64,000 nt of DNA from Vicinamibacterales bacterium (lineage in GTDB: Bacteria > Acidobacteriota > Vicinamibacteria > Vicinamibacterales > UBA8438). The notes below the pieces were generated by a model that saw nothing but the letters and a program-made list of their open reading frames with translations, did no database searches and was not told the DNA's origin. Made by a program: the position numbers and the translations under genes. Location: positions 2,057,213 through 2,121,212 of the forward strand of contig OZ253576.1 of assembly GCA_965262985.1 (NCBI GenBank), read 5' to 3'. Below, piece after piece: positions 28,784 to 39,319 of this stretch (positions are counted from its first letter, which is position 1; each line of letters opens with the position of its first letter).

Positions 28784-30469
28784 ATGAATGCAACCATTCT
28801 CGCCCTCATCGGTCTCTCGTGCATCTACCTGGGTTATCGGTTCTATTCGAAATTCATCGCCGAGAAGATCTACCAGCTCGACCCGGATTTCGAGACCCCC
28901 GCTCACGCGCAGCGGGACGACATCGACTTTATCCCGACCAACCGGGTCGTGTTGTGGGGCCATCACTTCACCGCGGTGGCCGGCGCCGCGCCGATCATCG
29001 GTCCAGGCATCGCCGTCATCTGGGGATGGCTGCCGGCGTTCATCTGGGTGATCGTCGGCACCATGTTCTTCGCCGGGGTGCACGATTTCGGCGCGGTCTG
29101 GGCCAGTGTCCGGAACCGGGCGCAGTCCGTCGCCTCCCTGAGCGGCGACGTCGTGAGTCCGCGGGCTCGGACATTGTTCGGAATCGTCGTGTTCTTCCTG
29201 CTGATGATGGTCAACGCCGTCTTCGGCGTGGCGATCTCTGATGCCTTTCAGGAAACCCCGAGCAGCGTCATCCCGGCCTGGACCGCGGTTGGCGTCGCGG
29301 TGGTCATCGGTGTCCTTATCTACCGCATGCACGTGCCGATTCTGTGGCCCACCGTCGCCGGCACGGTGGTGCTGTACGCGGTCATCTATCTCGGCGAGGC
29401 GGTGCCGATCGAGTTGACGGCGGGCGCGTTGGGCCTGCCGGTGGGCGCCCAGTGGATCCTCATCCTGTTCCTCTACGCCGGAATCGCGTCCCTGCTGCCG
29501 GTCTGGTTGCTGCTGCAGCCGCGCGACTACATCAACGGCATTCAACTGTTCATCGGACTCGGGCTCCTCTACGGCGCGGTGATGATTGCCAGCCCGTCGA
29601 TCGTGGCGCCGGCCATCAATCCGAACCTGCCCGCCTCGGCGCCGCCGATCTTCCCGCTGCTGTTCGTGACGATTGCCTGCGGGGCCATTTCCGGCTTTCA
29701 TGGCCTGGTCGGTTCCGGCACGACGTCGAAGCAGCTCAACAAGGAGACCGATGCCCGGTTCGTCGGCTATCTCGGTTCGTCCGGCGAAGGCGCGCTCGCG
29801 CTGGTGGCGATCATCGCCGCCACCGCCGGTTTCGCATCGCTGGGCGAGTGGGAAACGATGTACTCCGAATTCGGGAACGGCGGGATGGCGGCCTTCGTCA
29901 CCGGCGGCGCGCGCATCGTGGCAGCCGGTGTCGGCATCTCGACCGAGTTCGCGGCCACCCTGCTCACCGTCATGGCGGTGCTGTTCGCCGGCACCACGAT
30001 GGATGCCGGGGTCCGGCTGCAGCGCTACATCGTGCAAGAGTGGGGCACCATCTACAACATCCCGGTCTTGCAGAACGGCTACGTGGCCACGGTCGCGGCG
30101 GTCGCCGCCTGCCTGCTGCTGGCGTTCGGCGCCGGCGGACCGAGCGGTGAGGGCGGCATGCTCATCTGGCCGCTGTTCGGCACGACCAACCAACTCCTCG
30201 CCGGGCTGACGTTGCTGATCATCTCCGTCATGCTCGTGAAGCTGGGACGGCCGGCCCGCTACACGCTGATCCCGATGATCTTCATCACCACGGCCTCGCT
30301 CGGCGCCGCGCTCGTCCAGCTCAGATCGCTGTACAACGAAGGCGGCATCCTCTATCCGCTGCTCTGGATCGACGTCGTTATCGTCTTCCTGGCGATCTTC
30401 ACCATGCTGGAAGCCGGCTCGGCGTTCATGCGCGAGAAACGGGCGGCCGAGGCGAAAGCGGGCGCCTGA
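28784..30469 (+). CDS. cstA: Carbon starvation protein A (CstA family peptide/pyruvate transporter)
   Basis: YRFYSKFIA, VLWGHHFTAVAGAAPIIGPGIAVIWGWLPA and CGAISGFHGLVGSGTTSKQL motifs. Polytopic membrane protein. Confidence 0.93.
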   Translation: MNATILALIGLSCIYLGYRFYSKFIAEKIYQLDPDFETPAHAQRDDIDFIPTNRVVLWGHHFTAVAGAAPIIGPGIAVIWGWLPAFIWVIVGTMFFAGVHDFGAVWASVRNRAQSVASLSGDVVSPRARTLFGIVVFFLLMMVNAVFGVAISDAFQETPSSVIPAWTAVGVAVVIGVLIYRMHVPILWPTVAGTVVLYAVIYLGEAVPIELTAGALGLPVGAQWILILFLYAGIASLLPVWLLLQPRDYINGIQLFIGLGLLYGAVMIASPSIVAPAINPNLPASAPPIFPLLFVTIACGAISGFHGLVGSGTTSKQLNKETDARFVGYLGSSGEGALALVAIIAATAGFASLGEWETMYSEFGNGGMAAFVTGGARIVAAGVGISTEFAATLLTVMAVLFAGTTMDAGVRLQRYIVQEWGTIYNIPVLQNGYVATVAAVAACLLLAFGAGGPSGEGGMLIWPLFGTTNQLLAGLTLLIISVMLVKLGRPARYTLIPMIFITTASLGAALVQLRSLYNEGGILYPLLWIDVVIVFLAIFTMLEAGSAFMREKRAAEAKAGA

Positions 30470-30492
30470 TCCGCCTCGGCGGTCATACCAGC

Positions 30493-30759
30493 ATGACGGA
30501 GCCCCAGAGCCGGTTCGAGCGCGTGAAGGCGCTGCTCGAAGAGTTCTACGTCGCCCCTCATCGGGGCGCCGTGGCTCGGGCGCGCCGCGACGAAGATGAC
30601 CTGTTCATGCTCTTCGTGTTCGCCGAATTGATGGGTGTCCCCAACCCGGCGGCGTACTACACTCTCGAACTCCAGCCGCTGCTGCTGGAGCGCTTCCACG
30701 ACTGGCATCGCCGTCAGGGGCTCGATCATTCACCGCTCGACGGATTCCGCTGCTGCTGA
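30493..30759 (+). CDS. Small protein ending in Cys-Cys-stop (resembles the family annotated as 'cory-CC-star protein'; assignment from memory)
   Basis: 88 aa, high GC3, C-terminus ...PLDGFRCC followed by the stop codon. It lies 24 nt after cstA and directly upstream of an ArsA-like ATPase gene. Confidence 0.65.
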   Translation: MTEPQSRFERVKALLEEFYVAPHRGAVARARRDEDDLFMLFVFAELMGVPNPAAYYTLELQPLLLERFHDWHRRQGLDHSPLDGFRCC

Positions 30760-30814
30760 CGGCCGGGATGCTCCGCGCCACTTCCCCCTGCACCGATCCC
30801 GAGCGGAGGCTCTC

Positions 30815-31843
30815 GTGGACACGCTGTTGACCCGACCCCTGCTCTTCGTCGGCGGGAAGGGGGGTGTCGGAAAGACCACAACGGCGGCCGCGCTCGCCGT
30901 GGCGGCCGCCAGCCGGAACCGCCGCTGTCTGCTCGTATCGACCGATCCGGCCCACTCGCTCGCCGACCTGTTCGGCCGCACCATCGGCAACCGCGACACC
31001 GCTGTGACGAAGTCGCTGTGGGCCCTCGAGATCGATCCCGATCAGCAGGCTAACGAGCACCTCGCCAGCGTCAAGGCGCGCATGAAGCGGCTCGTGCATC
31101 CTCGTGCGTACGACGAAATCGACCGGCAACTCGATCTTGCGCGGCTGGCCCCCGGAACGATGGAGGCGGCGATGCTGGAACGCGTCGCCGAGGTCATGGC
31201 GCTGGCGGGGACCGAGTACGATCAGGTCATCTTCGACACTGCGCCCAGCGGACATACGGTTCGACTCCTGTCGCTGCCTGAAGTCATGGCGGCCTGGATC
31301 GACGGCCTGCTCGGACACCGGAAACGCTCGGCGCAACTCGGGTCGGCGCTGCGCCACCTGGGTGGAGGACGCGTCAAGGGCGACGACCTGTCGATGCTGG
31401 ACGCGGCGTCGGATCATGACGAAGGCAGCCGCGACGCCCAACTCAGCGAACTGCTCCTGGCACGCCGCCGCAAGTTCGTACGCGCGCGCGAGCGACTGCT
31501 CGATCGTGAGCAGACCTCGTTTCTGCTGGTCGTGAATCCCGACCGCTTGTCGGTCCTCGAAACCATCAAGGCGCACGAGATTCTGACCAGATTCTCCGTG
31601 CCGGTGTGTGGACTCGTCGTCAACCGCGTGCTGCCGGCCGAGGCCGACGGTGCGTTCCTCGAGGCACGGCGCCGGCAGGAATCGCAGTATCTGACGCAGA
31701 TTGACGAGGTGTTCGCGCGCTTGCCGCGCGTGCGGGTGCCGCTGTTGCCCGGCGACGTACGGGACCTCGAGACGCTCGCCCGGCTCGGCCGCACCGTCGC
31801 CGGCCTTGACATCACCAGCGGCCGACCCGCAGCGCCGGCGTAG
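30815..31843 (+). CDS. ArsA/GET3 family ATPase (single-domain)
   Basis: Deviant Walker A GGKGGVGKTT, STDPAHSLAD, and switch II FDTAPSGHTVRLLSLPE. I chose the GTG at 30815, 5 nt after GAGCGGAGG. The longer track ORF (from 30635) overlaps the upstream gene. Confidence 0.88.
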   Translation: MDTLLTRPLLFVGGKGGVGKTTTAAALAVAAASRNRRCLLVSTDPAHSLADLFGRTIGNRDTAVTKSLWALEIDPDQQANEHLASVKARMKRLVHPRAYDEIDRQLDLARLAPGTMEAAMLERVAEVMALAGTEYDQVIFDTAPSGHTVRLLSLPEVMAAWIDGLLGHRKRSAQLGSALRHLGGGRVKGDDLSMLDAASDHDEGSRDAQLSELLLARRRKFVRARERLLDREQTSFLLVVNPDRLSVLETIKAHEILTRFSVPVCGLVVNRVLPAEADGAFLEARRRQESQYLTQIDEVFARLPRVRVPLLPGDVRDLETLARLGRTVAGLDITSGRPAAPA

Positions 31844-31850
31844 CCGCGCG

Positions 31851-33353
<1,503 letters not shown>

Positions 33354-33529
33354 TCCGGTTCTCCCCTCCTCGTGCCGGCCGGCGCCGCGTCCCGCTTCAC
33401 GGACGCGCACCGAACTTCACCGACCAGACATGAAATACTGCCCGTCGGGTGGTCAAGCGATTATCATAACCCGGTTAGCGATACGCCCCGAGCGAGCGTC
33501 CGCGCCACGACCCCGGGGCTGTCAGGACC

Positions 33530-35371
33530 ATGCAGGACGCACACGCCACCCGCCTCCGCAACCGACGGCACTCGATCCTCGCACCGGTGCTGGTCGGATT
33601 GTTCGCAGCCGGGACATCCTCGGCCCAGACCCAAACGGTCGAACCGATCGCCTACACGGTCAGATTTGAGGAACCGCACACCCACTACATGGTGGTCGAC
33701 GCCAGCGTGCCGACCGGCGGGCGGGCCGAAGTCGAACTGATGATGGCCGTCTGGACGCCGGGTTCGTATCTGGTGCGGGAGTTCGCCCGCCACGTCGAGG
33801 CGCTGTCCGCACGCACATCGGACGGCCGGTCGCTGGCGACCCGCAAATCCAGGAAGAACCGCTGGCGCATCGCCACCGGGGGCGCCCCGCGTATCCAGGT
33901 GTCCTACCGGGTCTATGCCAGGGAGATGTCTGTCCGCACGAACTGGATCGACGCGGACTTCGCGATGCTCAATGGCGCCCCGACATTCTTGACCCTGGCG
34001 GACGACGACACCGACCGGCCGCATGATGTCAGGCTGGAGCTGCCCGCGGCGTGGACCGCGAGCCTCACGGCGCTGGCGCCCAGGACCGACCAGGGTCCGC
34101 ACGCCTATCGCGCCGCCGATTTCGACACCCTGGTCGACTCGCCGATCATCGCGGGCAACCCGACCATCTACGAGTTCGAGACCGGCGGCGCGCCGCACGC
34201 GCTGGTCAACGTTGGAGAGTCCGGCGTGTGGCGCGGTCCGGAGTCGGCCGCGGACGTCGAGACCATCGCGAAAGAGACGTATCGGATGTGGGGCGAGCTG
34301 CCGTATGACCGGTATCTCTTCTTCAACATGATCACGGAGGCCGGCGGAGGCCTCGAGCATGCGAGTGCCGCCCTGCTGATGAGCAGCCGGTGGGCCACGA
34401 GTTCAAGGTCCGGCTACCTGCGCTGGTTGTCGCTGGTGAGCCACGAACTCTTTCACGCCTGGAACGGCAAGCGGCTCCGTCCGATCGAACTTGGACCGTT
34501 CGACTACGAGCACGAGGTGCACACGGAAAGTCTGTGGGTCGTCGAAGGCATCACGTCATACTACGACGATCTCCTTGTGCGGCGTGCGGATCTGTCCACG
34601 ACGGACGAGTATCTTGAAGGACTGTCCGACCAGATTCGAGCGTTGCAAGAGACACCCGGCCGCGAGGTGCAAGCGGTCGCGCAGGCCTCCTACGACGCCT
34701 GGATCAAGTACTACCGATCAGACGAGAACTCGCCAAACACGTCGATCAGCTACTACACCAAGGGCGCGGTGATCGGCTTTCTCCTCGACATGCGGATCCG
34801 CGCCGCCACTGGCGGCGCGAAGACTCTGGACGACGTCATGCGGCTGGCCTACGGACGGTTCTCGGGGACGCGAGGCTACACTCCCGGGGACTTTCGGGCC
34901 GCCGCGGAAGACACGGCGGGTGTCGATCACTCGGCCTGGTTCGCGCTGGCGCTCGATTCGACCGACGAACTCGACTACACCGAGGCGCTCGACTGGCTCG
35001 GACTCGAGTTCTCCGCTCCCCCCGAGGACGAGGAACGTGGCTGGATCGGCGTCCGGACGCGGGCCGCGGGCGGCCGTCTGCTGGTCGCCCAGGTGCGGCG
35101 CGACACGCCGGGATTCGACGCGGGCTTCAACGTCGACGACGAAATCCTCGCGATCGGTGACTACCGGGTGCTGCACGGCTCCTGGGACGAGCGGATCGGG
35201 CTCGTCCCGCCAGGATCGGAGGTCTCCGTTCTCGTCGCCCGGCGCGGCGCCTTGCGGCGCCTCACGGTGCAGGTCGGCGCCCGACCTGCCGATCGGTGGA
35301 AGCTGGCGTCCGTGGACGCACCCTCGCCCGCACAGACACGGCAACGCGATGACTGGCTGAGCGGACATTGA
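33530..35371 (+). CDS. M61 family metallopeptidase (glycyl aminopeptidase-like) with a C-terminal PDZ domain
   Basis: Signal peptide, zinc site SHELFHAWNGKRLRP with a downstream E (LWVVEGITSYY), and a PDZ-like C-terminal region (GWIGVRT...DEILAIGD). Confidence 0.88.
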   Translation: MQDAHATRLRNRRHSILAPVLVGLFAAGTSSAQTQTVEPIAYTVRFEEPHTHYMVVDASVPTGGRAEVELMMAVWTPGSYLVREFARHVEALSARTSDGRSLATRKSRKNRWRIATGGAPRIQVSYRVYAREMSVRTNWIDADFAMLNGAPTFLTLADDDTDRPHDVRLELPAAWTASLTALAPRTDQGPHAYRAADFDTLVDSPIIAGNPTIYEFETGGAPHALVNVGESGVWRGPESAADVETIAKETYRMWGELPYDRYLFFNMITEAGGGLEHASAALLMSSRWATSSRSGYLRWLSLVSHELFHAWNGKRLRPIELGPFDYEHEVHTESLWVVEGITSYYDDLLVRRADLSTTDEYLEGLSDQIRALQETPGREVQAVAQASYDAWIKYYRSDENSPNTSISYYTKGAVIGFLLDMRIRAATGGAKTLDDVMRLAYGRFSGTRGYTPGDFRAAAEDTAGVDHSAWFALALDSTDELDYTEALDWLGLEFSAPPEDEERGWIGVRTRAAGGRLLVAQVRRDTPGFDAGFNVDDEILAIGDYRVLHGSWDERIGLVPPGSEVSVLVARRGALRRLTVQVGARPADRWKLASVDAPSPAQTRQRDDWLSGH

Positions 35372-35409
35372 GTTTACCGGCGTGATCGCCGCCAACAGCC
35401 AGAACGCAC

Positions 35410-36198
35410 ATGCACATCAACGCGCGTCGCCGTCAGGCCGCCAGATGGTCCGCCGGACCGATCGCGGCCGCGCTGGCACTGGCGACAGTGTCCTGTACGC
35501 CGTTGGCAGGGGCGACACCCGCCGCGGGTGTATCGCGTGAGCGCCACTCCCAACAGACGCGTCCAGATCGAGGGGATGAACGCATGCGCATGGTCGAACA
35601 GCAGGTGCTGGCTCGCGGCATCACCGATCCGGGAGTCATCGGTGCGATGGTGCGCGTGCCCCGCGAACGATTCGTACCGCTCGAACAGCAACGCTCCGCC
35701 TACGACGACCGCCCGCTGCCCATCGGGTACCGGCAGACCATCTCGCAGCCCTATATCGTGGCCTACATGACCGACGCGCTGCGGTTGGACCCCGGCGCCC
35801 GCGTGCTCGAGATCGGCACCGGCTCAGGCTATCAGGCGGCTGTCCTCGCCGAACTCGCCGCCAAGGTCTATTCCATCGAGATCGTGCCGGCGCTGGCCGA
35901 GCGGGCCAGGGATACGTTGACGGCGCTGGGGTACGCCAACGTCGACGTGCGCCTGGGAGACGGATACGCCGGATGGCCGGATGAGGCGCCGTTTGACGCG
36001 ATTATCGTCACCGCGGCCCCGGACCATGTGCCGCAGCCGCTCATCGAACAGCTCGCGCCTGGCGGGAGGATGATCATCCCGGTTGGACAAGACCGCCAGT
36101 CGTTGACCCTGATCACCCGCACCGCGGAGGGGGTCACGCAGGAACGCATGCTGCGAGTGCTGTTCGTCCCGATGACGGGCGACGCGGAACGGCGATAG
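35410..36198 (+). CDS. pcm: Protein-L-isoaspartate O-methyltransferase (with an N-terminal signal/lipoprotein-like extension)
   Basis: [60 protein letters not shown]. Confidence 0.92.
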   Translation: MHINARRRQAARWSAGPIAAALALATVSCTPLAGATPAAGVSRERHSQQTRPDRGDERMRMVEQQVLARGITDPGVIGAMVRVPRERFVPLEQQRSAYDDRPLPIGYRQTISQPYIVAYMTDALRLDPGARVLEIGTGSGYQAAVLAELAAKVYSIEIVPALAERARDTLTALGYANVDVRLGDGYAGWPDEAPFDAIIVTAAPDHVPQPLIEQLAPGGRMIIPVGQDRQSLTLITRTAEGVTQERMLRVLFVPMTGDAERR

Positions 36199-36217
36199 CG
36201 CACGCCGCCCGGGTCGG

Positions 36218-37291
36218 TTACGAGGCGACGGCTGGCGCAAGCGCGGCGATCGAGATCTGGGCGGCCGTGCGCTCTGCGACATCCAGAAACGCGCGGGCCG
36301 CCGGCGAATCGGGTTCGGAAATCACGATCGGGTGGCCGCTGTCGCCGCCCTCCCTGATTGGCTGATAGATCGGAATGCGTCCGAGGAACGGCACACCCAT
36401 GTCTGCGGCGGCCGCTTCGCCGCCGCCCTTGCCGAAGATGTCGCTCTCGTGGTCACAGCGGGGACAGAGGAAGTGACTCATGTTCTCGACCAGACCGAGT
36501 GTGGGCACGTTGAGTTTGCGGTACATCGCGACGGCCCGGCGCGTATCGGCGACCGACACCGCCTGCGGGGTCGTCACTACGACCGCCCCGGACACCGGCA
36601 CGGTCTGGCTCAAGCTCAGAGCCACGTCACCGGTACCCGGCGGCATGTCGACGACCAGGTAGTCCAACTCGGCCCAGCGCACCTCGCGGAAGAACTGCTG
36701 CACGACGCCGTGCAGCATCGGACCCCGCCAGATGATCGGCGTCTCGTCCTGGGTGAGGAATCCCATGGAGACGACAGGGATGCCGTATTTCTCGGCCGGC
36801 ACGATCTTCTTCCCGTCGGTTTCGAGTTGCGCCCGCACGCCGAGCATCAGTGGAATGTTGGGGCCGTACACGTCGGCGTCGATCATGCCCACCCGACCGC
36901 CGTATTTCGCCAGCGCAATGGCGAGGTTGACCGCCACGGTGCTCTTGCCAACGCCGCCCTTGCCAGCCCCGACCGCGATGATATTCCTGACGCCGGGGAT
37001 CGGGGCTCGACCCGCCTCGGGTGACGCGACCGCGCGCACGTTGGCGGTCATGCCGACCTTGACCCCCGTGACTCCATCAAGCGCCGACACCGCCGCCACC
37101 GCCTGATCGTGCATCTGCTCCTTCACCGGACAGGCCGGGGTGGTCAACTCGATCTCGAACGACACCTCCCCGTTCTCGATGTGCAGTGCCTTCACGAAGC
37201 CGAGGCTGACGATGTCGCGGCCCAGGTCGGGGTCCTGTACGACTCGCAGTGCGTCGAGCACCGCAGTTGATTCGACTGTCCGTGTATTCAT
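36218..37291 (-). CDS. Mrp/NBP35 (ApbC-like) iron-sulfur cluster carrier ATPase
   Basis: N-terminal DUF59-like domain, P-loop GKGGVGKST, the CPRC motif (FLCPRCDHESDIFG), and LGRIP. Confidence 0.93.
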   Translation of the reverse strand: MNTRTVESTAVLDALRVVQDPDLGRDIVSLGFVKALHIENGEVSFEIELTTPACPVKEQMHDQAVAAVSALDGVTGVKVGMTANVRAVASPEAGRAPIPGVRNIIAVGAGKGGVGKSTVAVNLAIALAKYGGRVGMIDADVYGPNIPLMLGVRAQLETDGKKIVPAEKYGIPVVSMGFLTQDETPIIWRGPMLHGVVQQFFREVRWAELDYLVVDMPPGTGDVALSLSQTVPVSGAVVVTTPQAVSVADTRRAVAMYRKLNVPTLGLVENMSHFLCPRCDHESDIFGKGGGEAAAADMGVPFLGRIPIYQPIREGGDSGHPIVISEPDSPAARAFLDVAERTAAQISIAALAPAVAS

Positions 37292-37400
37292 CTCGACATA
37301 TCCTCTGCTGCGCCTGCCCCGGATACACCTGCAGTTCGCGCCGGGCAGCCGCCGTGTTCAGTCTGGTCACGTTGCCGAAACGCCGACAACTCCGACACAC

Positions 37401-38003
37401 CTACTGAATGGAGATGCGTACCTGCACGCGGGTAGCAGGCGCGTAGGGCGGGGTCACGTCGAACCGGAGGCATGTGCCATGCCGTACGCCGGGTGGCACC
37501 ACAAGCTGGAACTGGTGCGGCAGCAATCCGGCGCCGCTCCCCGCGCAGGCACCGCAGGGGTTGAGCCAGATCTCGCCGCGCCCCCCGCACACGGGACAGG
37601 TGTGACGCAGCGACAGGTCCAACGGCGCCAGCACACCGGCATCTGCCTGCCCCGGCGTCAGATGGACCTCGGCCGACACGGGACGCTCAGCCATCGCGCC
37701 GAAGAAGGACGCCCGCATGCGACCGACCAGACTCGAGACCGATGGAAAGTCGATGTCCACTTCGTCGGCGAACGCGGCCTGATACCGGTGGCCATACCGC
37801 GCGTCGGCGCGGTCCTGTTCGATTTCGGCCAGATCTCCAACTGTCGACACCTCGTAGGCCCGATGGCGAGATGACAGGCGGCCTTCCGTTCCGACGTCGC
37901 TCGGGTCTGCACGATACCGCCGCGCCAACTCGCGGTAGGCCCGCCTGATCTCGTTGACGTCCGCCGATGGCGGCAACCCGAAGCTTCGATCGTCCTCGCG
38001 CAT
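37401..38003 (-). CDS. DnaJ-like protein (degenerate J-domain lacking HPD, plus a CxxCxGxG zinc finger)
   Basis: VNEIRRAYRELARRYRADP resembles J-domain helix II, but HPD is replaced. It has CPVCGGRG and CGACAGSG zinc-finger repeats. ATG at 38003. Confidence 0.7.
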   Translation of the reverse strand: MREDDRSFGLPPSADVNEIRRAYRELARRYRADPSDVGTEGRLSSRHRAYEVSTVGDLAEIEQDRADARYGHRYQAAFADEVDIDFPSVSSLVGRMRASFFGAMAERPVSAEVHLTPGQADAGVLAPLDLSLRHTCPVCGGRGEIWLNPCGACAGSGAGLLPHQFQLVVPPGVRHGTCLRFDVTPPYAPATRVQVRISIQ

Positions 38004-38280
38004 TGGCAATCTACGATAGGGGCCGTTCTCCAGCCTTGTCAATAGGGTACCTCGGATGGGAGGGTCGCGCCATGCCGCCGATCCAGGTGCGACGCGGGGT
38101 CCTGCCATGGGCTGCCGGCAGGTCAGCCGGCGTCGAGCGGCGGCAACTGCTCGCGGCGCCGGTCCGCGTCGAGAGACCGCACGTCGAGTCCAGTCTCGCA
38201 CTCGTCACAGAGCAACTCGAAGATCGATCGATCGCTGAGGGTGTTACATCCGTGGCGCGACCAGGGGCAGTTGCGATACG

Positions 38281-38490
38281 ATGCTGGCGGCCATGACGAC
38301 TGACAGGACCGACTTCAAGATCGCGACCGAGTCACGCGGCGCACGCTGGGTCGCGTGGGTAACCACGAACGAGAGCGACACACCGCTCGGTTCGGTGCTG
38401 CTGATGGGCCGGACACAGGCCGAGGCAGAGGCCAACGCGCACGCCTGGGCCGACAAGCTGGCCAGCGACCCCGTGCTGATGCGACTCTGA
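38281..38490 (+). CDS. Small hypothetical protein (HicB/UPF0150-like pattern; inference)
   Basis: 69 aa with high GC3. The pattern FKIATESRGARWVAWV...G.TQAEAEANAHAWADKL fits a beta-beta-beta-alpha antitoxin-like fold. Confidence 0.5.
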   Translation: MLAAMTTDRTDFKIATESRGARWVAWVTTNESDTPLGSVLLMGRTQAEAEANAHAWADKLASDPVLMRL

Positions 38491-38507
38491 CCGGGACGGG
38501 GCCTCGT

Positions 38508-38768
38508 TCACACCTGAACCGCCGCAAACCGGCCGCCCCTGCGATCCGTGGGCAGCAGCGACCCCGCCGTATGGTGGACGGTTGTGCAGTGCGGCCCTTT
38601 CACCTCCAACGCGACGACATCCAGACCGAGCGCTCTGGCGACGTAGCCGCCCGCCACGCACCCGCAGGGCAGGGCTGCGAATTCCCGGAGTTCGAAAAGC
38701 GGCCCCAGTGACGACTGCTCATCCCGTGCTGCCGGCATCGCTCCCCCCAGGTTGGCATGTTGGCTCAT
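38508..38768 (-). CDS. Small hypothetical Cys/His-containing protein
   Basis: 86 aa, moderately high GC3, LPCGCVAGGY...KGPHC. It converges on the 38281 ORF with a 17-bp gap. No SD sequence and no known family. Confidence 0.4.
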   Translation of the reverse strand: MSQHANLGGAMPAARDEQSSLGPLFELREFAALPCGCVAGGYVARALGLDVVALEVKGPHCTTVHHTAGSLLPTDRRGGRFAAVQV

Positions 38769-38967
38769 GTGTGATTAGACGCGGGAGCGCGGCATTTGGT
38801 CCCTCCACACCCGCCGCCTTGTGGAAAACGTGTGGATGATGTGTGCATCGCCTGTGAATCGAATGTCGAATGAAATTTTTTCTGCGCGAGGAAGACGCGC
38901 CATTGCGAGGCGCGCCGCGATGTGCACCCGTCTTCGTCCTTTCCTTCGCTTGGCGACCCTCGGGCAA

Positions 38968-39234
38968 ATGGCTAAGATTTCATACGTCACCTCGGCAACC
39001 CTGACCCCCTGCAGTATCGTGAACGTCCAGCGCATCGAACACGTCATCAACGGCCGCGCCTATCAGATTGAGGCGATGCTTGTCGATCCGGATCGATGGC
39101 GCGCGTATCTGGTCAGTGTTCCCGGCGGCTCGACGGCGCTCATGCCGTTCTACGGCGCGACCCCCGAACTGGCGGTGCAACAGCTCACTGCCTGGCTGAC
39201 TCTGGCCCACCAGGCGCCCACAATTCCGGTATAG
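38968..39234 (+). CDS. Small hypothetical protein, possible paralog of 38281..38490
   Basis: The internal ATG at 38968 gives 88 aa (MAKISYVTSATL...). DRWRAYLVSVPGGSTALMPFYGATPELAVQQLTAWLTL parallels ARWVAWVTT...GRTQAEAEANAHAWADKL. Confidence 0.5.
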   Translation: MAKISYVTSATLTPCSIVNVQRIEHVINGRAYQIEAMLVDPDRWRAYLVSVPGGSTALMPFYGATPELAVQQLTAWLTLAHQAPTIPV

Positions 39235-39319
39235 TACGAACTCGAACGCCGTGGCGCCTCACGTTCGGGCGACAGGCTGACCTGAACCGTACCGGCTCAC
39301 GCGGCGTTGCGCCAATCTC

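Noticed and set aside
30757-30759. TGA after the Cys-Cys tail read as selenocysteine (selB is in the window)
   Set aside because: Read-through gives an Arg/Pro-rich nonsense peptide in a frame that overlaps the ArsA-like gene. No SECIS-like hairpin is evident.
33354-33529. SAH riboswitch upstream of ahcY
   Set aside because: I read the minus-strand leader and could not find the conserved SAH-riboswitch core as I remember it. Only an SD-like GAGGAGGGGAG is present.
38090-38262. Minus-strand Cys-rich reading frame (..NCPWSRHGC..LLCDECE..) that resembles a zinc ribbon
   Set aside because: The frame is bounded upstream by TGA and has no ATG or GTG start before the motif. Only a late TTG is available, leaving about 27 codons.
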